Assembly (NCBI GenBank): GCA_038254585.1
Contig: JBBSGA010000001.1
Span: 37-64,036, forward strand
Source: Chloroflexales bacterium
GTDB lineage: Bacteria > Chloroflexota > Chloroflexia > Chloroflexales > Kallotenuaceae
Direction of reading: 5' to 3'
DNA: 64,000 bases
Part shown: positions 1-9,047 of the stretch, one piece after another
Position numbering within the stretch: position 1 is the stretch's first letter
How the letters are laid out: each line of letters starts with the position of its first letter
Made by a program: the position numbers and the translations under genes
The notes under the pieces: generated by a model
Databases searched by the model: none
Told to the model about the DNA's origin: nothing
What the model saw: only the letters and a program-made list of their open reading frames with translations

Positions 1-190
1 GCGGTCTGTAACCGAGCGCCTCGCCCGGGCGTTCGATCTCTCCGCCTTCGCGCTGGCTGCCTCGCGCGCGGCTATTCGCCGCGCACACCCCCACCTGGAT
101 GCGTTATCCCAGGCGCGCCTGTTATTCGAACTGCAGTTTGGCCCTCAGCGCACAATGCAGCTGATCCATGCCCCCATCCTGGAGGGGTCG

Positions 191-805
191 ATGTCTATTC
201 CTTCGGCTATCCTGCCTGTCGTGCGGATCTATGATCGCCTGCATATCCCCTACTACATTGGGGGGTCGATCGCGAGCAGCGCTTACAGTCTCCCGCGTAC
301 GACGTACGATGTCGATATTATCGCCGCTATGGAGGCCCGGCACGTCGCGCCCTTCGTACATGACCTCACGGCTGATTACTATGTCGATCAGGGTTCGGTG
401 CTCGACGCGATCGTGCATCGCAGCAGCTTCAACATGACCCACCAGCCGACGGGCATCAACGTCGACGTCTTTGTGCCCAAGGAGCGACCCTTCGACCGCG
501 CGCAGCTCGCGCGGGCGCAGTCGCATCTGCTTCCCGGTGCCGACCAGCCCGTCAAGCTCGCTTCGCCCGAAGACGTCATCCTCAATAAGCTAGCGTGGTA
601 CGAATTAGGGCGCCGCGTGAGCGATCAGCAGTGGCGTGACGTTCAGGGTATTCTCCGCGTACAGGGGACAGCGCTCGATCTGAGCTACCTCCGCCGCTGG
701 GCTGCGGAATTGGAGCTCGGTGAGCTGCTTGCGGCCGCCTTGCGTGGCGAGCGGCCGGGCTCCTCGGCCCCAGATCTACCACAACAGCAGAGCCTCCTTC
801 CATGA
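191..805 (+). CDS. Pol-beta-superfamily nucleotidyltransferase-domain protein, function unknown
   Basis: ORF 155-805. GGAGGGG at 181-187 precedes ATG 191. YYIGGSIASSAYSLPRTTYDVDII carries the G[GS]-x(9-13)-D-x-D nucleotidyltransferase signature. The frame stays open back to base 2 of the window, so a longer or fused N-terminus cannot be excluded. Confidence 0.6.
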   Translation: MSIPSAILPVVRIYDRLHIPYYIGGSIASSAYSLPRTTYDVDIIAAMEARHVAPFVHDLTADYYVDQGSVLDAIVHRSSFNMTHQPTGINVDVFVPKERPFDRAQLARAQSHLLPGADQPVKLASPEDVILNKLAWYELGRRVSDQQWRDVQGILRVQGTALDLSYLRRWAAELELGELLAAALRGERPGSSAPDLPQQQSLLP

Positions 806-835
806 TCGTTAAGCCGGCGGATGTGCGCCGATGCG

Positions 836-865
836 TTGACAACCCCAGCTACGGCCTGGTATCCT
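836..865 (+). promoter_or_regulatory. Sigma-70-like promoter for the aspS leader (TTGACA-N18-TATCCT)
   Basis: TTGACA at 836-841 and TATCCT at 860-865 with an 18-nt spacer, immediately 5' of the T-box leader. Confidence 0.4.
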
Positions 866-1124
866 TGCCTGCAGAAACGTCGATGGAGCCGAGTACCGGG
901 AGGCGCTAGGACCTCAGAGAGCTGCCGCGGCTGCGATGGCAGCGTCCAGCCCCCGCGAAGACCCTCCGGAGTGCCGGGAAGAACTGCTCTGCGAGCACAG
1001 TAAGCCCGGCCGGCCAGCCTCCGTTACCGGGCACGGAAGGCAGGTGCTCGGCCAGAGAGCACCTGCGAAATGCGGTGGCACCACGATCGCCCCCTCGTCC
1101 GCATGACGAGGGGGCGACTCTATG
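866..1124 (+). promoter_or_regulatory. T-box riboswitch leader, putative Asp specifier, controlling aspS
   Basis: AGAGAG bulge at 916-921. Distal hairpin CTGCC (922-926) / GGCAG (938-942). GAA-GAC at 957-962 just 5' of the closing helix. T-box sequence AAATGCGGTGGCACCACG at 1068-1085. Perfect 13-bp hairpin TCGCCCCCTCGTC (1087-1099) / GACGAGGGGGCGA (1105-1117) just 3' of the T-box core, ending 22 nt before the aspS ATG. Confidence 0.7.
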
Positions 1125-1138
1125 CTGGAGGTGCACCA

Positions 1139-2440
1139 ATGGATCGGATCTGGACTACCGAGCTCGCCGGACGTGTGGGCGAGCGTGTCGAGCTTGCAGG
1201 GTGGCTGTACCGCCTGCGCCGCCTTAGCGCGGTAACCTTTCTCGTCCTGCGGGACGGCCGCGGACTCGCACAGATCGTCGTGGAGGATTCCGCCCTCGTC
1301 GACCGGCTCGCGGCGCTCAACGCCGAGTCGGTGCTGCGTGTGGAGGGAACGGTCGTCGCCGAGCCACAGGCGCCCGGCGGATACGAGGTTCGCGAGCCGG
1401 CAGTGGAGGTGATCTCGCCGGCGGTTGCGCCGCCGCCGTTCGACCTCTTCCGACCGCGTCTCAAAGCCCAGCTGCCCACCGTGCTCGATCATGCCCCCGT
1501 GGCATTACGCCATCCACGCCGCCGTGCGCTTTTTCGCCTCGCGTCTGCCTCGCTCAGTGGCTTCCGAGAGACCCTGCGCGGGCATGGATTCGTGGAGATT
1601 CAGACGCCGAAGATTGTCGAGGCTACGACCGAAGGCGGCGCGAATGTTTTCGCCGTCGACTACTTCGGGCGTCCGGCCTACCTCGCGCAGAGTCCCCAGT
1701 TCTATAAACAGATCATGGTAGGCGTCTTCGAGCGCGTCTTCGAGACCGGTCCGGCCTTCCGAGCAGAGCCCCACGATACGCCCCGGCATCTCAACGAGTT
1801 CGTGTCGCTCGATCTCGAGATGGGCTTCATCCAGGACCATACGGCGGTCATGGCGATGTTGACGCATGTGCTGCGAGGTATGACCGAGGCGATCGCAGCG
1901 GAAGCGGCGGAGGCGCGCGAGCTTGTCGGAACGCAGTTGCCGGCGATCCCCGCGGTCATCCCATCGATTCATTTCCGTGATGCTCAGGAGCTCATCTTGC
2001 GCGAGACGGGAGAAGATGCGCGCGACGAGCCCGATCTCGCTCCGGCACACGAGCGCTGGCTGGGCGAATGGGCCCGGCGCACCTACAGCTCCGAGTTCCT
2101 CTTCGTCGTCGGCTACCCCATGGTCAAGCGCCCGTTCTACACGCATCCCGATCCACGGCAGCCGGCGTATTCCAACAGCTTCGATCTGATCTTCCGCGGC
2201 CTCGAGCTGGTCACCGGCGGACAGCGGCTGCACCGCTACGAGGACTACCTGGCGGCTTTGAACGCGCGCGGTCTCGATCCCGCGCCCTTCGACTGGTATC
2301 TCGAAGCGTTCAAGTACGGCATGCCGCCCCATGGCGGCTTCGCCATCGGCCTCGAGCGCTGGATCGCGCGTCTGAACGAGCTCTCAAATGTGCGCGAAAG
2401 CACCCTTTTTCCACGCGATCGCCAGCGCTTGACGCCCTGA
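1139..2440 (+). CDS. aspS: Aspartate--tRNA ligase, archaeal/type-2 (probably non-discriminating) class II
   Basis: ORF 1070-2440. ATG 1139 is preceded by GGAGGT at 1127-1132, and the upstream extension overlaps the leader terminator. Class II motifs FRAEPHDTPRHLNEF and GGFAIGLERW. About 433 aa, typical of short AspRS. Confidence 0.9.
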   Translation: MDRIWTTELAGRVGERVELAGWLYRLRRLSAVTFLVLRDGRGLAQIVVEDSALVDRLAALNAESVLRVEGTVVAEPQAPGGYEVREPAVEVISPAVAPPPFDLFRPRLKAQLPTVLDHAPVALRHPRRRALFRLASASLSGFRETLRGHGFVEIQTPKIVEATTEGGANVFAVDYFGRPAYLAQSPQFYKQIMVGVFERVFETGPAFRAEPHDTPRHLNEFVSLDLEMGFIQDHTAVMAMLTHVLRGMTEAIAAEAAEARELVGTQLPAIPAVIPSIHFRDAQELILRETGEDARDEPDLAPAHERWLGEWARRTYSSEFLFVVGYPMVKRPFYTHPDPRQPAYSNSFDLIFRGLELVTGGQRLHRYEDYLAALNARGLDPAPFDWYLEAFKYGMPPHGGFAIGLERWIARLNELSNVRESTLFPRDRQRLTP

Positions 2441-2460
2441 CACGGAGGTAAGAGCAGACA

Positions 2461-3078
2461 ATGGACCTGAAGTGGCTGGCATGGGCCAAGCGATTACAGG
2501 CTATCGCCCAGGATGGGCTGACTTATACCAAAGATCACTACGATGTCGAGCGCTACATCGCCCTACGCAAGATCGCCGCCGAGATCCTTGCTGAGCACGC
2601 CGAGGCCGACCTGGCGCATGTACATGGCCTGCTGGAGCACGAAACGGGACCGGCCACGCCCAAGGTCGATGTACGTGGCGCGGTCTTCAAGGACGATGCG
2701 ATTCTGCTGGTGAAGGAGCCAGCCGATGGCTGCTGGTCGCTCCCAGGAGGTTGGGCCGACGTCGGCGAGTCGGCCGGCGCAGCCATCATCCGCGAGATCT
2801 ACGAAGAGTCGGGACACCGGGCGCGGCTCGTGAAGCTTGTGGCACTCTACGACCGCGATAAGCATCCTCATCCACCTTACCTCTATCATGCCTACAAGGT
2901 CTTCTTCCAATGCGAGCTGCTCGACGAGAATCCATCCGGATCCATCGATTCGGCAGGTGTCGCGTTTTTTGGAGCGGACGAGTTACCTGAGCTTTCGCTA
3001 ACCCGCGTACTTCCTCAGCAGATCGCCCGGTTCTTCGAGCATTATCGTAATCCCGACCTGCCGGCCGACTTCGACTGA
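2461..3078 (+). CDS. NUDIX hydrolase
   Basis: Nudix box GGWADVGESAGAAIIREIYEESG. GGAGGT SD upstream of ATG 2461. Confidence 0.85.
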   Translation: MDLKWLAWAKRLQAIAQDGLTYTKDHYDVERYIALRKIAAEILAEHAEADLAHVHGLLEHETGPATPKVDVRGAVFKDDAILLVKEPADGCWSLPGGWADVGESAGAAIIREIYEESGHRARLVKLVALYDRDKHPHPPYLYHAYKVFFQCELLDENPSGSIDSAGVAFFGADELPELSLTRVLPQQIARFFEHYRNPDLPADFD

Positions 3079-3098
3079 TTCCCCGTGGCCGGTAAGTG

Positions 3099-3953
3099 TC
3101 AGCTCAGTCCCGTCAACTGCGCGCTGACCTGCCATAGCCGCCGGGCCGTCGCCTGATCATACGATCGCGCCGAGGATTGTATTGGCTTGCAGTCGTAGAA
3201 GTATTTGCCGGTCACGCCTTCGACCTCCGGCGAGGAGGCCAGGTAGATCGCCGTCTCCGCTCCTTTTTCCGGTGTGCGAACGAACCTACGGGCAACCCGG
3301 TAGAACCAGCGAAAGAGAGAAATGCCGCCGCCAAAGCTTGTCGCCACGACGCCCGGATGGAAGCAGTTGGCCGTTACACCGCTGCCCTGAAGGCGGCGCG
3401 CAAGCTCGTAGGTCCAGAGGACGTTGGCGAGCTTCGACTGGCAGTAGGCGCGCATGGCCCGGTAACGCTTGTCGCCCTGCAGATCTGCAAAATCGATCTT
3501 TCCGCCACGCTCGGCGCCGGAGCTTACACTCACGATGCGTGCAGGCGCGCTGCCCTTGAGAAAGTCCAGCAGGAGCTCCGTCAGGAGAAAGTACGCCAGG
3601 TGGTTCAGCGCAAACGTTTTCTCGAGCCCATCCACGGTGCGGGTACGCGGGAAGACGCCGCCCGCGTTGTTGACCAGTACGTGCAGCTGCCGGTGGGTGC
3701 GCTTGAATTCGTCCGCCAGCGCACGGATCGATTGCTGCGAGGTCAGATCGGCCGTCAGAAACTCGACGGCCTGGTTACCGCTCTGCCGCTTGATCTCCGC
3801 GACGGTGTTGGCGCCGCGCCCAGGGTCGCGCGTTACGATGACGACCGCCGCGCCCAGACGCGCCAGTCCGAGCGCGGTCGCCTTCCCATTTCCGGACGTG
3901 CCGCCGGTCACCAGGCAAATCTTGCCCCGCATGTTCGAACCTTGTGCGCGCAT
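3099..3953 (-). CDS. Short-chain dehydrogenase/reductase (SDR) family oxidoreductase
   Basis: TGGTSGNG Rossmann motif near the N-terminus, NNAG motif, YCQSK catalytic Y-x3-K. GAGGG SD before ATG 3953. Confidence 0.85.
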   Translation of the reverse strand: MRAQGSNMRGKICLVTGGTSGNGKATALGLARLGAAVVIVTRDPGRGANTVAEIKRQSGNQAVEFLTADLTSQQSIRALADEFKRTHRQLHVLVNNAGGVFPRTRTVDGLEKTFALNHLAYFLLTELLLDFLKGSAPARIVSVSSGAERGGKIDFADLQGDKRYRAMRAYCQSKLANVLWTYELARRLQGSGVTANCFHPGVVATSFGGGISLFRWFYRVARRFVRTPEKGAETAIYLASSPEVEGVTGKYFYDCKPIQSSARSYDQATARRLWQVSAQLTGLS

Positions 3954-4027
3954 CGTGCCCTCATCTCTTGTAGTTCACCACCTCCTGTAGTCATAGCAAC
4001 TTTGGCCGCAGCGGAGATGCCGCGCCG

Positions 4028-4810
4028 TCATGCCCCACCATCTCCAATGGCTGCGAGCTCGGGCTCAGCCCACACGCCGGACCGGCTGGTAAGGATCTCG
4101 CGCTGTCGCTCCGAAACCGCCCCGAGCGTCTCGGGACGCGGCGCGTATCCCGGCCAGACACCGGCGCTGGCCCGGCCGAGATTCATAATGATGGTCTGCC
4201 GCGTCTTCGAGGAGTAGTTCGGGCGGCCATTGTGAAGCAACGCCTCGTTGAAGATGATGATATCTCCAGCCTGCACGTCGTCGAAGACGTGCATTGCCGG
4301 GAGATCGAGTCCGGAAGTATCGATTTCGAACTGAGCCTTATGGGAGCCCGGAATCACCACAAATTCCCCTTCACCAGCTCCCACATCCGTCATACAGTAG
4401 AATACCTTCACCATTGGGCAGAGAAACGTGCCCTGGACGACGTGTCCTGTCGGATGGGCCCGTACGCCGCGGTGCCAATGCCCGCCGGGATAGCCCGGAA
4501 AGGTAAAATAGAGATCGTTGTCGATATGGCGATAGTCCTCCCCGAGGAACTCGACCAGGAAAGGCTCGACGACCGGATGGTCGAGGAAGCGCGCAAAGCG
4601 AGGGTCGGCGTCGACGATCCGCGAGACCGGCCGGTTCAGCTGGTGCTGCAGGTTTTCGGGGTCATCCAGGTTGAGCCGGCGCACATCGGTCGGGGCCGCT
4701 TGCTCGATCCAGCGCCGGTACTCGCCTACTTCGGCCTCGTCGAGCGCGTGCCGCAGGTGCAGATATCCCTGTACGTCGAAGGCAAATCGGAGGGTGGGGT
4801 CGAGTGGCAT
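4028..4810 (-). CDS. Phytanoyl-CoA dioxygenase (PhyH) family Fe(II)/2-oxoglutarate oxygenase
   Basis: 260-aa ORF. The N-terminal FDVQGYLHLRHAL pattern and the H-x-D ... H layout (HIDND ... LLHNG) are typical of the PhyH family. Confidence 0.7.
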   Translation of the reverse strand: MPLDPTLRFAFDVQGYLHLRHALDEAEVGEYRRWIEQAAPTDVRRLNLDDPENLQHQLNRPVSRIVDADPRFARFLDHPVVEPFLVEFLGEDYRHIDNDLYFTFPGYPGGHWHRGVRAHPTGHVVQGTFLCPMVKVFYCMTDVGAGEGEFVVIPGSHKAQFEIDTSGLDLPAMHVFDDVQAGDIIIFNEALLHNGRPNYSSKTRQTIIMNLGRASAGVWPGYAPRPETLGAVSERQREILTSRSGVWAEPELAAIGDGGA

Positions 4811-5041
4811 CGCAGTAGACTCCTCTCATCAGGCAGCCCAAACACAGCTCGGGAGCGCCTTTCCACCGGTATGGCCCGCCGCCTCCAATCGTACCATCGA
4901 ACCGCGGGACAGCATATCGATCTCCGGCCGGGCATCGCTCGGCCCAGGCTGCTATAATCCTCCCTTAGCATGAGCCCAAGCGAGGCGAAGACCCGTTCGC
5001 CCCCTGGTCGGCCTCTGGGCCAGAAGTAGTAGAGCAAGACC

Positions 5042-6892
5042 TTGAGCGCCGGAAATCTCGTCACCTACCTGACCTGGGCGGTCTATGTTGTCATCTTTCT
5101 TGCCGTTGCCGGGGAGGCGATTCGCCAGCCCCGGCGAGCCAACGTCAATATCGCGCTCCTCTTCGCTCTTCCCGCGGCCATCATCGTCCTGGGGACACTC
5201 AACGACCTGGGCGCGGTCAAGTCAACCCTGCTGTCGAGCGAGATAAGCGGCGCGCTGATCCTCAGCCTCTCCTACGTCTTGCTCCGGCTTGTCGACGACT
5301 TTTCAACTGTTCCCTGGCTCTTCATGCGAGCGATGGAAGTCAGCCTCGTTTTGGTATGTGCCGGGCTTTTCGTCTTTGCTCCGCCGCGCCCGCTTTGGCT
5401 GACCGTGCTGCAGATCGTTTACTTCGTTGGCCTGCAGATTTATGCCGCCGTCGCCTTTGCCCGCGCCTCCCGCCGGTCGAGCGGCGTTACCAAGCGCCGC
5501 ATGCGCGCGGTCGCGGCCGGATCGGTCTTCCTGGGACTGACGATCCTCGTCACTACCTTTACCTTCCTGGGCGACTGGGCGCCGGTGCTCTCTCAGATCT
5601 GTGGCCTCGGCTCCGCCGTCACCTACTTCCTCGGCTTTGCGCCGCCCGCACTGCTTCGACGCGCGTGGCAGGAGCCCGAGCTGCGCGCTTTTCTCAGCCG
5701 GGCCGCGGCGCTGCCACGCTTGCCGACCACGCGCGCGATCGTCGAGGATCTGGAGCAAGGGGCGGCGACCTCGCTCGGCGCACCGCACGCGCGGCTAGGT
5801 CTATTCGATTCGGAAGCCAATGTCCTGCGCTTCGAGATAGAGGGATCGGTCGTCGACGTCCCGGCGACCGTCGACCGGGCCTCCGGAAAAGTCTATCTAA
5901 CGCAGCAGCCGCTCTTCGTCGCCAACGCGGCACATGAGTTTCCGGCGATGACCGAGAATAGCCGGATCTACCAGTCGACGGCGATGTTGGTCGCGCCTGT
6001 CACGGCGGGCGACCAACGCCTGGGCGTTCTATCGATCTACGCACCACGAGCGCCGATCTTTGCGCGGGACGATCTCGAGCTGGTAAAGCTGCTTGCCGAC
6101 CAGGCCGCGGTTATTCTCGAAAGCCGGGCGCTGATCGACGAGGCAGCTCGCGTGCGTGCCCGGGAAGAGGCGACGCGCCTCAAAGACGATTTCCTCTCCG
6201 CGGCAGCACACGATCTCAAGACGCCTCTCACGGCCCTGGTCGCGCGCGCCCAATTGCTGGAGCGCCGTGCGGTGCGAGTGCCGGACGCTCCGGCCGATCT
6301 CCGGTCGATCCGCTCGATCATTACCGAGGCACAGCGCTTGCAGAATCTGGTGCTCGAGCTCTTGGATGCGTCACGCGCCGAGCGAGGGCAGATCGTCGGC
6401 GCGCGTGAGCCCGTCGATCTGACGGTACTCGCGCAGGAGGTCTGCGCACGGCAAACCTCCGAGCAGCATCACTGCCGGCTCGACGCGTTAGGCCCGGTGG
6501 TCGGGATGTACGATCGGAACCGCATGAGCCAGCTTATCGACAATCTGATCGAGAACGCCGTCAAGTATAGCCCCGCGGGCGGCGACGTGACGACGAGGGT
6601 CTGGTGTGAGGACGGCAGCGCACACCTCACAGTCTCGGACCACGGAATCGGTATCCCGCAAGAGGATCTAGCACACATCTTCGATCGTTTCTACCGCGCC
6701 AGGAACGTCAACGACCGCCAGTTCGCCGGCATGGGCCTTGGTCTTTTCATCTGCCGCGCGATTGCAGAGCAGCACGGAGGCACGATTTCTGTGTGCACGC
6801 GTCCGGGCGAAGGCGCGACCTTCCACGTGAAACTACCGGCGGCCGCGCCTGGGGAAAGACAAGATGGACAAGCGCCCGATCTTAGTAATTGA
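5042..6892 (+). CDS. Membrane sensor histidine kinase (multi-TM N-terminus, GAF-like domain, HisKA, HATPase_c)
   Basis: About 200 aa of hydrophobic helices. H-box FLSAAAHDLKTPLT. N box NLIENAVKYSP. G boxes DHGIGI and GMGLGL. The TTG start at 5042 is uncertain. Confidence 0.85.
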   Translation: MSAGNLVTYLTWAVYVVIFLAVAGEAIRQPRRANVNIALLFALPAAIIVLGTLNDLGAVKSTLLSSEISGALILSLSYVLLRLVDDFSTVPWLFMRAMEVSLVLVCAGLFVFAPPRPLWLTVLQIVYFVGLQIYAAVAFARASRRSSGVTKRRMRAVAAGSVFLGLTILVTTFTFLGDWAPVLSQICGLGSAVTYFLGFAPPALLRRAWQEPELRAFLSRAAALPRLPTTRAIVEDLEQGAATSLGAPHARLGLFDSEANVLRFEIEGSVVDVPATVDRASGKVYLTQQPLFVANAAHEFPAMTENSRIYQSTAMLVAPVTAGDQRLGVLSIYAPRAPIFARDDLELVKLLADQAAVILESRALIDEAARVRAREEATRLKDDFLSAAAHDLKTPLTALVARAQLLERRAVRVPDAPADLRSIRSIITEAQRLQNLVLELLDASRAERGQIVGAREPVDLTVLAQEVCARQTSEQHHCRLDALGPVVGMYDRNRMSQLIDNLIENAVKYSPAGGDVTTRVWCEDGSAHLTVSDHGIGIPQEDLAHIFDRFYRARNVNDRQFAGMGLGLFICRAIAEQHGGTISVCTRPGEGATFHVKLPAAAPGERQDGQAPDLSN

Positions 6893-7226
6893 CGACGACC
6901 CCGCGATTCTAGAGACGGTCTCGGAGATTCTCGAGGACGAGGGGTATCCCGTCGAGCTCGCCACGAACGGTGCGGAAGGGCTCAAGGTGCTCGACCGGAT
7001 GCGTCCGGCGGTAGTCGTCCTGGACATGCGCATGCCTGTGCTCGACGGGTGGCGGTTTGCCCGTGTCCTCACCGAGCGCGGGATCAAGCTGCCGATTCTT
7101 GTGATGACCGCGGCGCAAGACGCGCGCCGGTGGGCGCAGGAGATCGGAGCCGACGGCTTTCTGGCTAAACCCTTCGACCTGATGGCCTTGATCGACGCGG
7201 TAGAGCGCCTGCACGGAGCTTCCTGA
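6864..7226 (+). CDS. Single-domain response regulator (CheY-like receiver)
   Basis: ILVIDDD, acceptor region VVVLDMRMP, and a conserved K in FLAKPF. Overlaps the kinase gene by 29 nt. Confidence 0.85.
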   Translation: MDKRPILVIDDDPAILETVSEILEDEGYPVELATNGAEGLKVLDRMRPAVVVLDMRMPVLDGWRFARVLTERGIKLPILVMTAAQDARRWAQEIGADGFLAKPFDLMALIDAVERLHGAS

Positions 7227-7405
7227 GCGGTCGCGATGCCGTCTCCAACAACATCGCGGTGATCGTCCCGGCTGATGGCGGAACGAGACCAGCGCCTCGA
7301 CGCCGATGATCTCCCCGAAGTCGACGCCTCTCGCATCCTGGTTGCGGCCGGCCCGGCCGGCGTAGAAGATTGGCCCGCGTGCGGGTCTCTCGGTAACGCC
7401 GATCC

Positions 7406-7414
7406 TGCTATACT
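7406..7414 (+). promoter_or_regulatory. Extended -10 promoter element TGCTATACT
   Basis: The same 9-mer occurs at 43798-43806 in front of proB. Here it is followed by about 140 nt with no convincing ORF before the SGNH gene. Confidence 0.35.
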
Positions 7415-7560
7415 ACTCAGCACGGCGCCCCGGTATTCCGTGGCGCAGTCTGATAGTTTGGAAGCTGGGGACGAGCGGCGGAGGCCGGCAGGATCGAAAC
7501 CAAGTCGAGCCGGGCAGCCCATCGTGTGCCGTCCCCGATCGACCTAGAAATGGCCACAGC

Positions 7561-8277
7561 TTGCCGGTGACACGCTCCCTTCGAGGACTTCTCCTGGCCT
7601 TGTTGATCGCAGCCGTCGTGCCTATCGTGGGATGGTCGCGGCGACATGCCGGTGCCGGTGCGCACCCGGATGTGTACGTTGCTCTCGGTGCATCCGACGC
7701 GGTCGGCGTCGGCGCCGGCGCCCCTGCCGAGGAGGGCTGGGTGCCGCGCGTTCAGGCGGGCCTGCCGGCCGGGACCAGCCTGGTCAATCTCGGGATCAGC
7801 GGTGCCGCGCTGCGCGACGTGCTCGAGCAGCAACTTCCTCCGGCCCTGGACGCCCGGCCACGCTGGGTGACGATCTGGCCCGGGGTGAACGATCTGCGCG
7901 CCGGGGTCGATCTCGCCACCTTTGCCCGGCAGCTGGACACGCTTCTCGGCAGCTTCGACGAGCACATCCCGGCTGGCCTGCCGCGGCCTACACTCATCGT
8001 GCTCAATATCCCCGACTTACGCTACCTACCGGCCTTTGCCGGCCCGGATCTCGCAGCGCTCGATACCACGGTACGCAGCTGGAACGAGGCGATCGGCCGA
8101 GTTGCCGGCCGCCACGACGCCATCGTGGTCGACCTCCACGACCACTGGTCCGAGCTCGCAGGGCACCCTGAATATATAAGCTCTGATGGCTTCCACCCGT
8201 CGACCGCGGGCTACCGGCGTATCGGCGGACTCGTCCTCGACGCTCTTCATCAGCATGCTTCGTCGACTGCTCGCTAG
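7561..8277 (+). CDS. SGNH/GDSL-family hydrolase with N-terminal signal/anchor
   Basis: Block I GASDAVG, block III GVNDL, block V DGFHPS. Hydrophobic N-terminus. TTG start with no clear SD, so the start is uncertain. Confidence 0.75.
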   Translation: MPVTRSLRGLLLALLIAAVVPIVGWSRRHAGAGAHPDVYVALGASDAVGVGAGAPAEEGWVPRVQAGLPAGTSLVNLGISGAALRDVLEQQLPPALDARPRWVTIWPGVNDLRAGVDLATFARQLDTLLGSFDEHIPAGLPRPTLIVLNIPDLRYLPAFAGPDLAALDTTVRSWNEAIGRVAGRHDAIVVDLHDHWSELAGHPEYISSDGFHPSTAGYRRIGGLVLDALHQHASSTAR

Positions 8278-9043
8278 GCGCGGCGCGGACCGGGGCTCTC
8301 CGTCCGCTCCTGCTGTCGAGACACGGGGCCTGTGTAAGACCTACCGCTCGGACGCGGTAGCCGTCGAGGCGCTGCAGGGGATCGACCTCCGGATCGAGCG
8401 CGGCGAGCTTGTATCGATCGTGGGTCCGTCGGGCTGCGGGAAGACGACGCTGCTGAATTGCATGGCAGGCCTCGAGCGCGACTTCACGGGCGAGGTGCTG
8501 CTGGTGGGAACCCCCCTGCGCAAGCTCTCCGACGATCGCCGCGCCCGCCTGCGTGCGCACACCACGGGCTTCATCTTCCAGTCGTTCAATCTGCTTCCGA
8601 CGCTCAACGCGCTCGAGAACGTCGAGATGCCGCTCCTGATCGCCGGCTGTCGTGGCTCGGAGGCGCGCCGCCGCGCGCTCGAGATGCTGGCCGCGGTAGG
8701 GCTGGCCGACCGCATGCATCACAGGCCCGCTGCGCTCTCAGGCGGCCAGCAGCAGCGGGTGGCGATCGCCCGGGCGCTCGTCAACCGGCCGGCGATCGTC
8801 TGGGCCGACGAGCCGACAGGCAATCTCGACAGCGATTCGGCGGCGGAGATTATGGCGCTGATCCGCCGGCTGAACCGCGAGAACGGGCAGACCTTCGTGA
8901 TCGTCACTCACGCGCCTGAGGTCGCCGCGATCACACGCCGGTTGGTCAGGATGCGCGATGGGCGCATCGTCGCGGATGGGCCGGTCGAAGCTGGCGCGTA
9001 TCCCGGCCCCGCGATCGCGATTGACCTCCATCCGATCTGCTAG
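8255..9043 (+). CDS. ABC transporter ATP-binding protein (MacB/LolD-like)
   Basis: Walker [10 protein letters not shown], signature [15 protein letters not shown], Walker [16 protein letters not shown] 8255 chosen inside ORF 8186-9043. Confidence 0.9.
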   Translation: MLRRLLARRGADRGSPSAPAVETRGLCKTYRSDAVAVEALQGIDLRIERGELVSIVGPSGCGKTTLLNCMAGLERDFTGEVLLVGTPLRKLSDDRRARLRAHTTGFIFQSFNLLPTLNALENVEMPLLIAGCRGSEARRRALEMLAAVGLADRMHHRPAALSGGQQQRVAIARALVNRPAIVWADEPTGNLDSDSAAEIMALIRRLNRENGQTFVIVTHAPEVAAITRRLVRMRDGRIVADGPVEAGAYPGPAIAIDLHPIC

Positions 9044-9047
9044 CGAT

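Noticed and set aside
1070-1138. ORF-track start of aspS at 1070
   Set aside because: The extra 23 codons overlap the T-box core and the 13-bp terminator hairpin and have no SD. ATG 1139 follows GGAGGT and matches AspRS N-termini.
7421-7560. Possible SRP RNA, c-di-GMP, cobalamin or ZTP riboswitch
   Set aside because: I compared the region by eye with the conserved cores I remember: the SRP helix-8 GGAA tetraloop/AGCAGCC, the GEMM ACGCAAAGCC, the B12 box and the ZTP GGGUCGUGAC...CCGCCUGGGC. None matches. It is kept only as an unassigned leader.
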